From Parcubacteria group bacterium (lineage in GTDB: Bacteria > Patescibacteriota > Minisyncoccia > Moranbacterales > GCA-2747515): DNA of 64,000 nt. The stretch is from contig JBAZXC010000002.1 in NCBI GenBank assembly GCA_041660065.1, forward strand, positions 170,620 through 234,619. The letters are read 5' to 3'. Shown in pieces: positions 9,621-18,010 of the stretch (positions within the stretch are counted from its first letter, which is position 1; each line of letters starts with the position of its first letter). Below the pieces are notes generated by a model that was given only the letters and a program-made list of their open reading frames with translations, was not told the origin of the DNA and made no database searches. The translations under genes and the position numbers were made by a program.

Positions 9621-11300
9621 TCACCAGCTTCCGCCACCACCGCCGCCAAATCCGCCACCCGATCCGCCACCGCTAAACCCCGATCCGCCGGAGCCTGCCG
9701 ATGACGGTTGCGAAACCATCGTGGCATTATTTGCATCGCTAAACGCGTGCAAACTATGTGCAAAAAGGATCGGTGAAAATGTTGCATCACCGCTTTCATA
9801 CCACTGTGGCTTTGTTTTATAAATATCCTCAAATTGTTTTGCCCATGCTTCTTCCACGCCGAGCACCATTGCATATGGCAACAACTTTTCAAATCGTTCC
9901 AGATTTTTTTCCGGCGCATTATGAAAATTGATCCGATCTTTTTCTGCTGTTTCCATATACAATTTCAACCCCAAAACCTGCTCACGAACGATCGCACCAT
10001 TTTTTGTCCGTTGTGGCATCACGATGCCAAAACTCAAAATAATAACGGATGAAAGAAATGTCGCTATGCCATAAGCAAGACCTGCCATACTGCCGGCAAT
10101 AAATGAACCGACAATAAGAAATATGCCGATCGTCACATATGTTGCGCGCACTATTGATGGCGTTCCCGTATAGTATCCCTTCTGCATGATCGCACCTTCT
10201 ATGCTTTTTTTGATTGCAACGAGATCCTTATAGAATTTTTCTTTAAGGTCTGACATCCTGCGCGTTTGCGCACCGCCAAAAATCGCATCAAATAATAATT
10301 TGTCTTGCTCGCTCACATCTGCAGAGCTCTTTCCTGTCTGCGTAAATTCATAATCCTCCGAAGAAAATACTCCTTTTTTGTCGATCTTTTTGATCGTGAG
10401 ATGGCCATTCACCGCCAGCTGGATGATCGCCGCAGAGACGCTCTTTGGTGCAACGGCATCTTCTGCGATCATCCCAACTTCCGCTGCCGTCAGACCTTCC
10501 GGCGCCTCGTAATATGGCACGATCGTCCCTTTACCTTCCGGATCACGCCCTTTGGTGTACCACAATCGCCACATGACTATAAGCACAAAAACAGGTAATC
10601 CAAAGATCCAATTGTCCATAAGATATTTGACGATCTTTTGTTGCAATGTCGGCTTGTACACTGTTCCGGCCGGCATGCCGATCACGGTTGTCACACCGGA
10701 ACCTGACACAAGATTTTCTTGCGCAAATGTCACTGTACGATCATTATTAGTGATCATGTCATCGCATGCGACTGTTGACCCATACGGTCCAGCAAAGCAT
10801 GCTGTTTTGCTGATCTGTGGTGCATGCACCGTTACCTGCACAGCCTTCATCAGCGCCGACCATCGATCTCCCGTTGCATTCCAATACAACTCGTCGTGAT
10901 CGTCAAAATAATTGATCGCGCCTGTGACCGTGTATGTGATCACATAAGTGTTCATACCTGTCACAAACTTATCCGCATTCCCAATCTTGATCTGCAGATT
11001 ATCCCCATCTCGTGCTGTGACAAATGTGTAGGGAACACCATATTGATCTGCGACAGTAATATGATCAAGTGTGATCGTACGATTATCATTTGTCGCATTG
11101 GTATATTTCACAGGAACATCACGATAGATCCCATGTCGCTGTGTCGTGCCATAATCATATTGGATCGTTTCTGCCACATCCACCGTTGCATCAGCATTGA
11201 TCGTCATATCTACATCATATGTTTTGATCTCCTCCGCACGTACGCTGAATATCGGCGCCAAAAGAAGCAGTCCTCCGAAGAAAAAGAATATTTTTTTCAT
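9621..11300 (-). CDS. DUF2207-family secreted/membrane protein with C-terminal Gly-rich tail
   Basis: Signal peptide MKKIFFFFGGLLLLAPIFSVRA, large extracytoplasmic domain, TM segments, C-terminal GGSGFSGGGSGGGFGGGGGGSW typical of DUF2207; alternative start at 11345. Confidence 0.65.
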   Translation of the reverse strand: MKKIFFFFGGLLLLAPIFSVRAEEIKTYDVDMTINADATVDVAETIQYDYGTTQRHGIYRDVPVKYTNATNDNRTITLDHITVADQYGVPYTFVTARDGDNLQIKIGNADKFVTGMNTYVITYTVTGAINYFDDHDELYWNATGDRWSALMKAVQVTVHAPQISKTACFAGPYGSTVACDDMITNNDRTVTFAQENLVSGSGVTTVIGMPAGTVYKPTLQQKIVKYLMDNWIFGLPVFVLIVMWRLWYTKGRDPEGKGTIVPYYEAPEGLTAAEVGMIAEDAVAPKSVSAAIIQLAVNGHLTIKKIDKKGVFSSEDYEFTQTGKSSADVSEQDKLLFDAIFGGAQTRRMSDLKEKFYKDLVAIKKSIEGAIMQKGYYTGTPSIVRATYVTIGIFLIVGSFIAGSMAGLAYGIATFLSSVIILSFGIVMPQRTKNGAIVREQVLGLKLYMETAEKDRINFHNAPEKNLERFEKLLPYAMVLGVEEAWAKQFEDIYKTKPQWYESGDATFSPILFAHSLHAFSDANNATMVSQPSSAGSGGSGFSGGGSGGGFGGGGGGSW

Positions 11301-11344
11301 AATAATAAAAAATTTAACTTGTAACTTATTTAATATGACTGTCA

Positions 11345-11456
11345 TTTTTTCTTTTATATAAGCAATTACTGAAAGCCCACTTTTGTCATCCTGAATGTGT
11401 TTCAGGATCTCGCATATACGGCTTATATAGATGCTGAAACACGTTCAGCATGACAT
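11345..11456. repeat. ~115-bp intergenic repeat element copy 1 (two hairpins: TCCTGAA..TTCAGGA and ATGCTGAA..TTCAGCAT)
   Basis: Near-identical to 56149..56280 (second copy has a 22-nt insertion in hairpin 2 loop). Confidence 0.7.
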
Positions 11457-11564
11457 GGATATTAAATGAGTCTTTGTGTCTTTATTATACCACTATTCCC
11501 CATGTAAAGAATAAAGCCCCAATATTTTTTGTAAAATATTGGGGCTTTGGAATCAGTGATGGCA

Positions 11565-12017
11565 CTATTGCACCGTTCCGATGATCTTTTTGATCTCGGC
11601 AACGGTCTCTCCTGATCTATTCTGAATAATCGCAGAAAAAAAATACATGCCTCTTTTTGCCCCAAGTAATTTTACTGTGATGGCGAGCAAATCATGCGGT
11701 TTGACTTGTTTTTTATATCGGACACCGTCAACGCCCACAACCATTGGAGTTCCCGACAATTCAAAAAAATTCTTTGCCAATACTGCCGCAACCAGATTGG
11801 CACATTCGATCTGGCAATGACCTGGGAAAATAGGATTATCACGGAAATGTCCCATAAACCACGGATCATCCGAGCAAATGGTTTTAATTCCGACCATCTC
11901 ATGCGGTCTTTCCGTGTTGTAGGAAATACGATCAAGCATTTGCGCCGGCCCTGTATGCGGGATCATCTCCGCAATATCTCCTCTCTCAAGAAAAAAAGAT
12001 TTTTTTTCGTCTGCCAT
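11565..12017 (-). CDS. hotdog-fold dehydratase (FabZ/FabA-like)
   Basis: HFRDNPIFPGHCQIE...GVDGVRYKKQVKPHD pattern of FabZ hotdog domain. Confidence 0.6.
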   Translation of the reverse strand: MADEKKSFFLERGDIAEMIPHTGPAQMLDRISYNTERPHEMVGIKTICSDDPWFMGHFRDNPIFPGHCQIECANLVAAVLAKNFFELSGTPMVVGVDGVRYKKQVKPHDLLAITVKLLGAKRGMYFFSAIIQNRSGETVAEIKKIIGTVQ

Positions 12018-12127
12018 TTCATTCCCTCCATATTGAATGACGTGGATCGGTTTGACACAAAAATGATGCTGTCTTTATAAAATATGAATAAAAGGTACTA
12101 ATGGACCATTATACCACAAAAACCACC

Positions 12128-13375
12128 TTAATGCAAGTGTCGATCTTTGTCACGTGTTTTTTTGTGAAAAGAGATGGCAAATCGATGCGCTTCCTCACGC
12201 ATGCTTTCCAACAACTCTTTATCGGTAATGATCGCATGATTGACTGGAAAAAATGCACTTTTATAGACATCGACCTTTTTACGCGTTGGCCCTTTGGCAA
12301 CTGCGATCACGGGAATATTTATATCTAGTTTTTGCCATAGATCATCCGCCATGTTGAGATGTCCTTTTCCGCCGTCCAAAACAATCAGCTGCGGTATGCC
12401 CCAATCATCGAGATGATTGAGCCGTCGCGCCAGCACTTCTCGCATCGCGCCCACATCATCGATCCCCTGCACAGACTGCACTTTGAATTTACGGTACTGA
12501 CTTTTATCCGCCACTCCGTTTATAAATACGATCATCGACGCAACCATCGCTTCCCCGCCGATATGTGAAATATCATATGCTTCCACACGCATCTCATGTG
12601 CACTAAATCGCGTAAATGCAATGTCCTTTTTCATCAGCGCAATATCATTGATATGTGTGAGTGCAAAGATCTGCCGTTTCACTTTGTCCGCTTCTTCGAA
12701 TTTTTCTTTTTTTGCCAAAGCGCGCATCTGCTTTTCCAACTTTTCGAGAAGTGCTTTCTTATGCCCGGAGAGAAAAAGCGCGATGTTGCGCATATTGCGT
12801 TTGTAGTCCGCCTCAGAGATCGCGCCGTCATACGGTCCGGGACACAGTCCCATTTGATAATGCAGACACCCTTTTTCACTCTGCTCACTGCGATCATGAA
12901 ATGGAAATATTCGGCGAATGATCTTAAGCGCGATCTTCATCTGATCGCGCGATGTATACGGACCATAAATTTTTCCCTTACGATACATCGCATCCTGAAA
13001 CTGTTCCTTATCAAAATCCGTCTGTCGTACGATCACAACACGCGGAAACCGTTCTTTGGTAATGACAAAAAAAGAAAAACTTTTATCATCTTTTCCGTCA
13101 ATATTATATTTTGGCTTATGCGTGCGGATTAGTTCCGCTTCAAGGATGAGCGCTTCAAGTACGCTATCGGTTTGAATTGTTTCAATGTCTGTTGCTTGCG
13201 CTACCAATCGTTCGATCCGCTCACCGCGCGTATCATGACCGGAAAAATATTGTCGCACGCGATCACGCAATGACGTCGCCTTGCCCACATACAACACCTC
13301 TCGTTTTGCACCACGAAAAAAATACACGCCGGGTGCTTTTGGCAATTCCGTTATTTTTTTCGCGTTATTTTTCAT
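12128..13375 (-). CDS. uvrC: excinuclease ABC subunit C, short form lacking C-terminal HhH domain
   Basis: N-terminal GIY-YIG (PGVYFFRGAKREVLYVGKATSLRDRV), UvrC RNaseH-like endonuclease region (GIPQLIVLDGGKGHLN); 415 aa vs ~600 typical. Confidence 0.8.
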   Translation of the reverse strand: MKNNAKKITELPKAPGVYFFRGAKREVLYVGKATSLRDRVRQYFSGHDTRGERIERLVAQATDIETIQTDSVLEALILEAELIRTHKPKYNIDGKDDKSFSFFVITKERFPRVVIVRQTDFDKEQFQDAMYRKGKIYGPYTSRDQMKIALKIIRRIFPFHDRSEQSEKGCLHYQMGLCPGPYDGAISEADYKRNMRNIALFLSGHKKALLEKLEKQMRALAKKEKFEEADKVKRQIFALTHINDIALMKKDIAFTRFSAHEMRVEAYDISHIGGEAMVASMIVFINGVADKSQYRKFKVQSVQGIDDVGAMREVLARRLNHLDDWGIPQLIVLDGGKGHLNMADDLWQKLDINIPVIAVAKGPTRKKVDVYKSAFFPVNHAIITDKELLESMREEAHRFAISFHKKTRDKDRHLH

Positions 13376-13403
13376 AAATATAGATCATCGTAGCACTGTA
13401 AAT

Positions 13404-13964
13404 CTATTCTTTCTTGGAGCGAGGTTTTTCTTCAGCATGGTCAATTTTCTTTTTTGCCGCAATCATCTGTAATTTGTTGATGATCGCCGATTCTGCAAAT
13501 GAACCGACTTCCGCAAATTGATCTTCAGGGATCATTTCACCATCAAGAGCACCACTCTTCATCACAAACTTATACATGGTCTTCTTTTTTCCGTTGTCGG
13601 AAATTTCACGCGCTCCCTGTATGATGCCCGCAAGCATCACATGATGCCCATTGAGATCGATCGCACAGGTCACGCGGTCACGGTCAATAGTGATATTTTT
13701 AATTGCATGTGTGATTTGCGCTTCCGTCATCATAACATCCCGTCCTGAGAGATCATTGTCGATCAATTTTTTCCAAAAATTTCTATCCGCATTATGACAA
13801 ATTGCTTGCGCTTCACACGTCCCCTCATATTTTCGCGCATTCTTGGTCACAAAACCCTGCCCATCAGCCGTCGGCACAAAAAAAGACCTGTATTCTTCGG
13901 GGATATCTTCAATACTGTGATATTTATTATCATGAGGATCAAATTGTGGTTTTTCTAAAGACAT
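13404..13964 (-). CDS. hypothetical protein
   Basis: ORF only; 28-nt gap to uvrC start, probably co-transcribed. Confidence 0.4.
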   Translation of the reverse strand: MSLEKPQFDPHDNKYHSIEDIPEEYRSFFVPTADGQGFVTKNARKYEGTCEAQAICHNADRNFWKKLIDNDLSGRDVMMTEAQITHAIKNITIDRDRVTCAIDLNGHHVMLAGIIQGAREISDNGKKKTMYKFVMKSGALDGEMIPEDQFAEVGSFAESAIINKLQMIAAKKKIDHAEEKPRSKKE

Positions 13965-14023
13965 GTGTGTGTGCTTAGATTTTTACATTCCCATCATAGC
14001 AATTTTTATGCGCCTTTACCACA

Positions 14024-15475
14024 TCATTTTGACAGATCCAAATCCTCTGTGATCCCAAGTTGATCGACAAATGATTGCACGTGACTCACTACGATCATCG
14101 CACCCTCATATTTTTTGAGTGCCTCCGCAATCACGGGGATATGACGAAAGTTGATATGATTGGTCGGCTCATCGAGAATGAGAAGTCCCGGCTCGAGCAA
14201 CACAAGTTGTGCAAATGCCACCAATCCCTTTTGCCCTTCAGACAAACTGCCGATCTTTGCCTCCATAACATGCTTGGTCAAGAGAAATCCGCTGGCAACA
14301 GCACGCAGTTTTTCCTCTTCTTGTATTTGCATGACATTTAGAAGTGCATCATACACCGTATCATCAAAGTTCAGTGTAGAAAAATCCTGTCGATAATAAC
14401 CCACACGCACACCATCCAATATTTTTGCACCCTCTGTATTGTTTGATGCCAATCGTTCAAGCAGTGTCGTCTTTCCAATACCATTCGGCCCTTTCAAAAG
14501 CAAGTGTTCTTTTTTCTTGAGGACAATATCCACCTTTTTCTCGATGGGTTCGTGATCTTTCATGATGTGCACCGATGTGATCGTGATCACATTCCCCACA
14601 AAATCACTTTGCGCAGGGATCACAAATTTACGGATCGTCTTATCCTCTTTGCGCACATCCACTTTTGATGCTTCCATTTCTGCGATCTCATCACGCATTT
14701 TCTTCGCCACGAGACGCATCTTACCACCTTTGTTTGCGAAGTAATTCATCTTCTCCTTATTGTCCCGAATCTGCTTTTCGAACTGCGCGTTCTTGCGAAT
14801 TTCTTTTTCGATCTGCGCTTTGATCTCCTCTACGACAATATAATAATCCCCCACATACTGATCGATCTTGTGATTGAATATATCGAGATACAACACACCA
14901 TCTGTGAACATGTTGAGGAAATCCGCATCATGAGAGATCACGATGCACGTCTTTTCATACATCATGAGAAACGTGAGCAAATGCCCCACGCCGGAATCAT
15001 CCAAATTGTTCGTCGGCTCATCGAGAAGTAACACGTCAGGCTCTTGGATCAATGCCGAAGCCAGAAGAAGTCGCGCTTGCTGTCCACCGGAAAAGGCGGA
15101 AATCGGTTTGTCCATCGGCAATGTCAGATCGACGGCACGCATCACTTCTTTGATATGTTTGTCCAATTCATAATCCTCTCCTTTAAAATACACGGCAAAA
15201 AATTCTCGCACAGTCAACGTCAGCTGTTCGCGCGGGATCACCTGTTGCGCGCATGCGATCGTTTGTCCGTCATTGATATAAATGTGTCCTGCTGTTGGTT
15301 TGTATGTCCCCATGATCAAGTTAAAAAGTGATGTTTTGCCCGCACCGTTTTGCCCCATGAGAGCTACTTTTTTTCCTTTGCGCAAAGCAAAAGACGCCTC
15401 ATCAAGGATCACCTTGCCGTTCTCATATGCAAAATTCACATCGCTAAAACGAATTGCTATTTCTTCCTGTGCCAT
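14024..15475 (-). CDS. ABC-F family ATPase (tandem ABC domains, no TM)
   Basis: Two Walker A (GQNGAGKTS, GPNGIGKTT), two LSGGQ signatures, linker between; start set at MAQEEI. Confidence 0.85.
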   Translation of the reverse strand: MAQEEIAIRFSDVNFAYENGKVILDEASFALRKGKKVALMGQNGAGKTSLFNLIMGTYKPTAGHIYINDGQTIACAQQVIPREQLTLTVREFFAVYFKGEDYELDKHIKEVMRAVDLTLPMDKPISAFSGGQQARLLLASALIQEPDVLLLDEPTNNLDDSGVGHLLTFLMMYEKTCIVISHDADFLNMFTDGVLYLDIFNHKIDQYVGDYYIVVEEIKAQIEKEIRKNAQFEKQIRDNKEKMNYFANKGGKMRLVAKKMRDEIAEMEASKVDVRKEDKTIRKFVIPAQSDFVGNVITITSVHIMKDHEPIEKKVDIVLKKKEHLLLKGPNGIGKTTLLERLASNNTEGAKILDGVRVGYYRQDFSTLNFDDTVYDALLNVMQIQEEEKLRAVASGFLLTKHVMEAKIGSLSEGQKGLVAFAQLVLLEPGLLILDEPTNHINFRHIPVIAEALKKYEGAMIVVSHVQSFVDQLGITEDLDLSK

Positions 15476-15664
15476 AAACCTTTTTCTAAGATAAAAAATA
15501 TTTTTACTGAATTCCCATTGTACAGGAAAAATAAAAAATGTGCAATCAATGTCTTTAGCGTTATTTATAGACACGCAATATTTATATATTACAAGTCTAT
15601 AATAATAAATCAAAAACGTGCAACTTACACGTTTTTGAATGATATATATCCGGCTATATTTCGA

Positions 15665-16201
15665 CTAGTTCTCAATAATATTTTTTGCTTCTACTACTGC
15701 GATTGTGTTTCTAATAGATTTAGCCTGCTCGTATTTTTTTTGCAACTCATCAAATAATGCTTTTGCATCCTCTTCCACAATTTGCGATCCATTTACTATG
15801 CCATCATATCCACCCACTGGTCTTCTTGGAATATGCCTTCCTCGAAAACCCTTCTCACGCACATTTACAGCAGAACCATTAATTGTTCCTTTGATAATAA
15901 TATCTGCTCCATCCTCCTCCTTTTGCAAATCCGTCTTTGTTAAGATTTCGAATTCCTGTTCCGAAATAACACCCTGAGATTTAAGTTTCCGATACTTTTC
16001 TTCGGTGATTGCATCCATGTGAACTTGACTTTCTACAGTCTCACCATTTTTTAAAATATTTTGTAAAATTGTGTTCCCTTCTTTTGCTCGATCAGCAACA
16101 TTATGTTCATAATTAGTTCGTTTTTGATCTGGAGTTGGCTGAGGTATAAATTGATTTTCAAAACCCATACACTTTGAATTAATGATGATATGATTTGTCA
16201 T
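15665..16201 (-). CDS. hypothetical protein
   Basis: ORF only. Confidence 0.4.
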   Translation of the reverse strand: MTNHIIINSKCMGFENQFIPQPTPDQKRTNYEHNVADRAKEGNTILQNILKNGETVESQVHMDAITEEKYRKLKSQGVISEQEFEILTKTDLQKEEDGADIIIKGTINGSAVNVREKGFRGRHIPRRPVGGYDGIVNGSQIVEEDAKALFDELQKKYEQAKSIRNTIAVVEAKNIIEN

Positions 16202-16232
16202 ATTATCACATCTTTGTTATAAATACAATCTA

Positions 16233-16261
16233 TTGACAAAAATTTAAATACGTGCTATGCT
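16233..16261 (+). promoter_or_regulatory. sigma70-like promoter TTGACA-N17-TATGCT driving the GC-rich + strand locus
   Basis: Consensus -35 and near-consensus -10 with 17-nt spacer. Confidence 0.45.
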
Positions 16262-16466
16262 GGTCCGTTAACATAAAGTTCCTTCATATTTAGTCACACA
16301 AAAAACAGCAAAAGTCGATTTTACATGCATTTTCAAAAATGTGATGGAAAATAATGCGCTCTCAAAAATGTGAGCTTATTTTTCCCGTCGCATCTGCCAA
16401 TATCTGGTCGAAAGCGCAAAACGGGGTCAAAAAAATCCGACACCATGCTCGGAAAAGGAGGCAAAA

Positions 16467-16568
16467 ATGCACAAAGATGGATTGTCGCCGCCCGTACAGG
16501 GCACCTATGAGTCCCTAAGTGGACATTTAATTTTTGATAATACCCTGCCGGCGCCGGCTGCTGCCTGA
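16467..16568 (+). CDS. small ORF, 33 aa (MHKDGLSPPVQGTYESLSGHLIFDNTLPAPAAA)
   Basis: Perfect SD AAAAGGAGG 7 nt before ATG; inside ~57% GC island. Confidence 0.3.
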   Translation: MHKDGLSPPVQGTYESLSGHLIFDNTLPAPAAA

Positions 16569-16617
16569 CAACCTGGCCTCGTCCTTCAACACTGGTACCT
16601 ACCAAAAAAGGAGGTGA

Positions 16618-16698
16618 ATGCGAATTGACGAATCCACGAGCACCGCCCGGATGAAACCCCCTGAAGCGCAATGTTGTAATAACTGTTGCGCTTTTTAA
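16618..16698 (+). CDS. small ORF, 26 aa, Cys-rich C-terminus (MRIDESTSTARMKPPEAQCCNNCCAF)
   Basis: Perfect SD AAGGAGGTGA 7 nt before ATG; followed by intrinsic terminator. Confidence 0.3.
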   Translation: MRIDESTSTARMKPPEAQCCNNCCAF

Positions 16699-16756
16699 AT
16701 TTATTCACAAAACTGTCTGATCGGTCTGATCTACCCAGATTATCTTGCAGCTTGCA

Positions 16757-16790
16757 GGAGCAGGTTTTATAACCTGCTCCTTTCGTTTTT
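16757..16790 (+). terminator. intrinsic terminator GGAGCAGGTT-TTAT-AACCTGCTCC + TTTCGTTTTT
   Basis: 10-bp perfect stem plus T-run; near-identical copy at 17892..17926. Confidence 0.75.
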
Positions 16791-16930
16791 ACAAAACAAA
16801 CATAAGTCACTTTTTACAGCACGAAAACAAATTATTGCTTCTCCTTGTGCCAAACACTTTACTAGAATTTCTTGACAAGAGAGAGAGAGTAAAATGATAC
16901 GTATAGACAATAGGATTTTATATTTACATA

Positions 16931-17377
16931 ATGGAAAATTATCAAAAATATAATATTTTATATCTAATTCAATCGTTCATTGCAATTTTTATTGGAGGTC
17001 TGATTTATATAATTTACCGAACAGACTCCTTGCTTATGTTTAAATGGTTCTACTATTTGAACTTGGATCAAACAATATTTTTTTTGAAATCATTTAGCAT
17101 CCCCGTAAACGATCTCATAAAATATAGTTTACCAGATGCTTTGTGGATATATTCTTATATCATGGCAATGTTATTCTTGTGGAAAGGCGCTGTAAATAGA
17201 AAAAATATTTTATGGATCTTATTTATCCCCCTAATCGGGATAAGCACTGAACTACTGCAAATATATGGATTTTCAGGAACATTCGACGTCGTAGATATTT
17301 TACTTTGTATTTTTGCAATAACATTAGCACTTCTTCAAATACGCTGTTTCAATTTAACAATTAATTATAAAATATGA
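16931..17377 (+). CDS. hypothetical integral membrane protein
   Basis: 4 predicted TM helices; ORF. Confidence 0.45.
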   Translation: MENYQKYNILYLIQSFIAIFIGGLIYIIYRTDSLLMFKWFYYLNLDQTIFFLKSFSIPVNDLIKYSLPDALWIYSYIMAMLFLWKGAVNRKNILWILFIPLIGISTELLQIYGFSGTFDVVDILLCIFAITLALLQIRCFNLTINYKI

Positions 17378-17856
17378 AACAAAGCAAAGAAAAATTTGGA
17401 TCAATAATAGTAATTATGCTATTTGCTTTTTTGGCTATCGGTAGTGCAGATACTACTGAAAAATCAACATCTCAACCTGGATCGACGACAGGTGAATCTC
17501 AACAAAATACAAATACAGCCCCAGAACCTCCAAAAGAAATTACCTACACTCCTGTTACAGCGAATGTACTATGCTCCGAGTACAAATCAAATGAAATCGC
17601 AGCAGACAAAAAATTTAAAGATCAATACCTTGAAGTGACTGGCATTGTCAAAAGTATTGATAGTGATTTCACCGATATGCCGGTTGTACATATAAAGTGT
17701 GGGGGAGAATATGATTTTATTAGCGTAGATTGTCATTTTGAAAGTAAAGATGAAGCAGCAACACTTGAAAAAGACAAGACGATAGTTATCCAGGGACGAA
17801 GTTCTGGTGAAGTAATGGGCAATCCTCAAATTAATACTTGTAAGATAAAAAAATAA
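17374..17856 (+). CDS. secreted/lipoprotein with OB-fold (tRNA_anti-like) domain
   Basis: Signal peptide MKQSKEKFGSIIVIMLFAFLAIGSA; C-terminal region resembles tRNA_anti-like OB-fold lipoproteins. Confidence 0.45.
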   Translation: MKQSKEKFGSIIVIMLFAFLAIGSADTTEKSTSQPGSTTGESQQNTNTAPEPPKEITYTPVTANVLCSEYKSNEIAADKKFKDQYLEVTGIVKSIDSDFTDMPVVHIKCGGEYDFISVDCHFESKDEAATLEKDKTIVIQGRSSGEVMGNPQINTCKIKK

Positions 17857-17891
17857 TTACAACACTAAAGAGCTTGACTTGCAATCTTGCA

Positions 17892-17926
17892 GGAGCAGGT
17901 TTTATAACCTGCTTCTTTTCATTTTT
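17892..17926 (+). terminator. intrinsic terminator, duplicate of 16757..16790
   Basis: GGAGCAGGTTTTATAACCTGCTTC + T-run; ~45 nt including 5' flank CTTGCA..CTTGCAGGAGCAGG shared with first copy. Confidence 0.7.
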
Positions 17927-18010
17927 ACAAAACAAGAATGCAAAGCACACTGCAACTGCGTTACTGCAAAATTTGTAAAACAATAGACGGTCTTTAATTA
18001 TGTATACTGT

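Noticed and set aside
16380-16740. tmRNA, SRP RNA or RNase P RNA in the GC-rich stretch
   Set aside because: Looked on both strands. No tRNA-like 3' end (GGTTCGANTCC..CCA), no SRP domain-IV GGAA tetraloop context, and no RNase P conserved regions (AGGAAAGTCCGGGCTCC, ACAGAACCCGGCTTA). Only a weak GGATTCGTC similarity to a tmRNA 5' region on the strand opposite to the terminator. Left as unclassified pending an Rfam scan.
16333-16810. Minus-strand ORFs 16333..16671 and 16586..16810 over the GC-rich region
   Set aside because: Antisense to a plus-strand promoter-to-terminator unit. Gly/Pro/Arg-rich composition is as expected from GC-rich non-coding DNA, and the alternative (TTG) start is weak.
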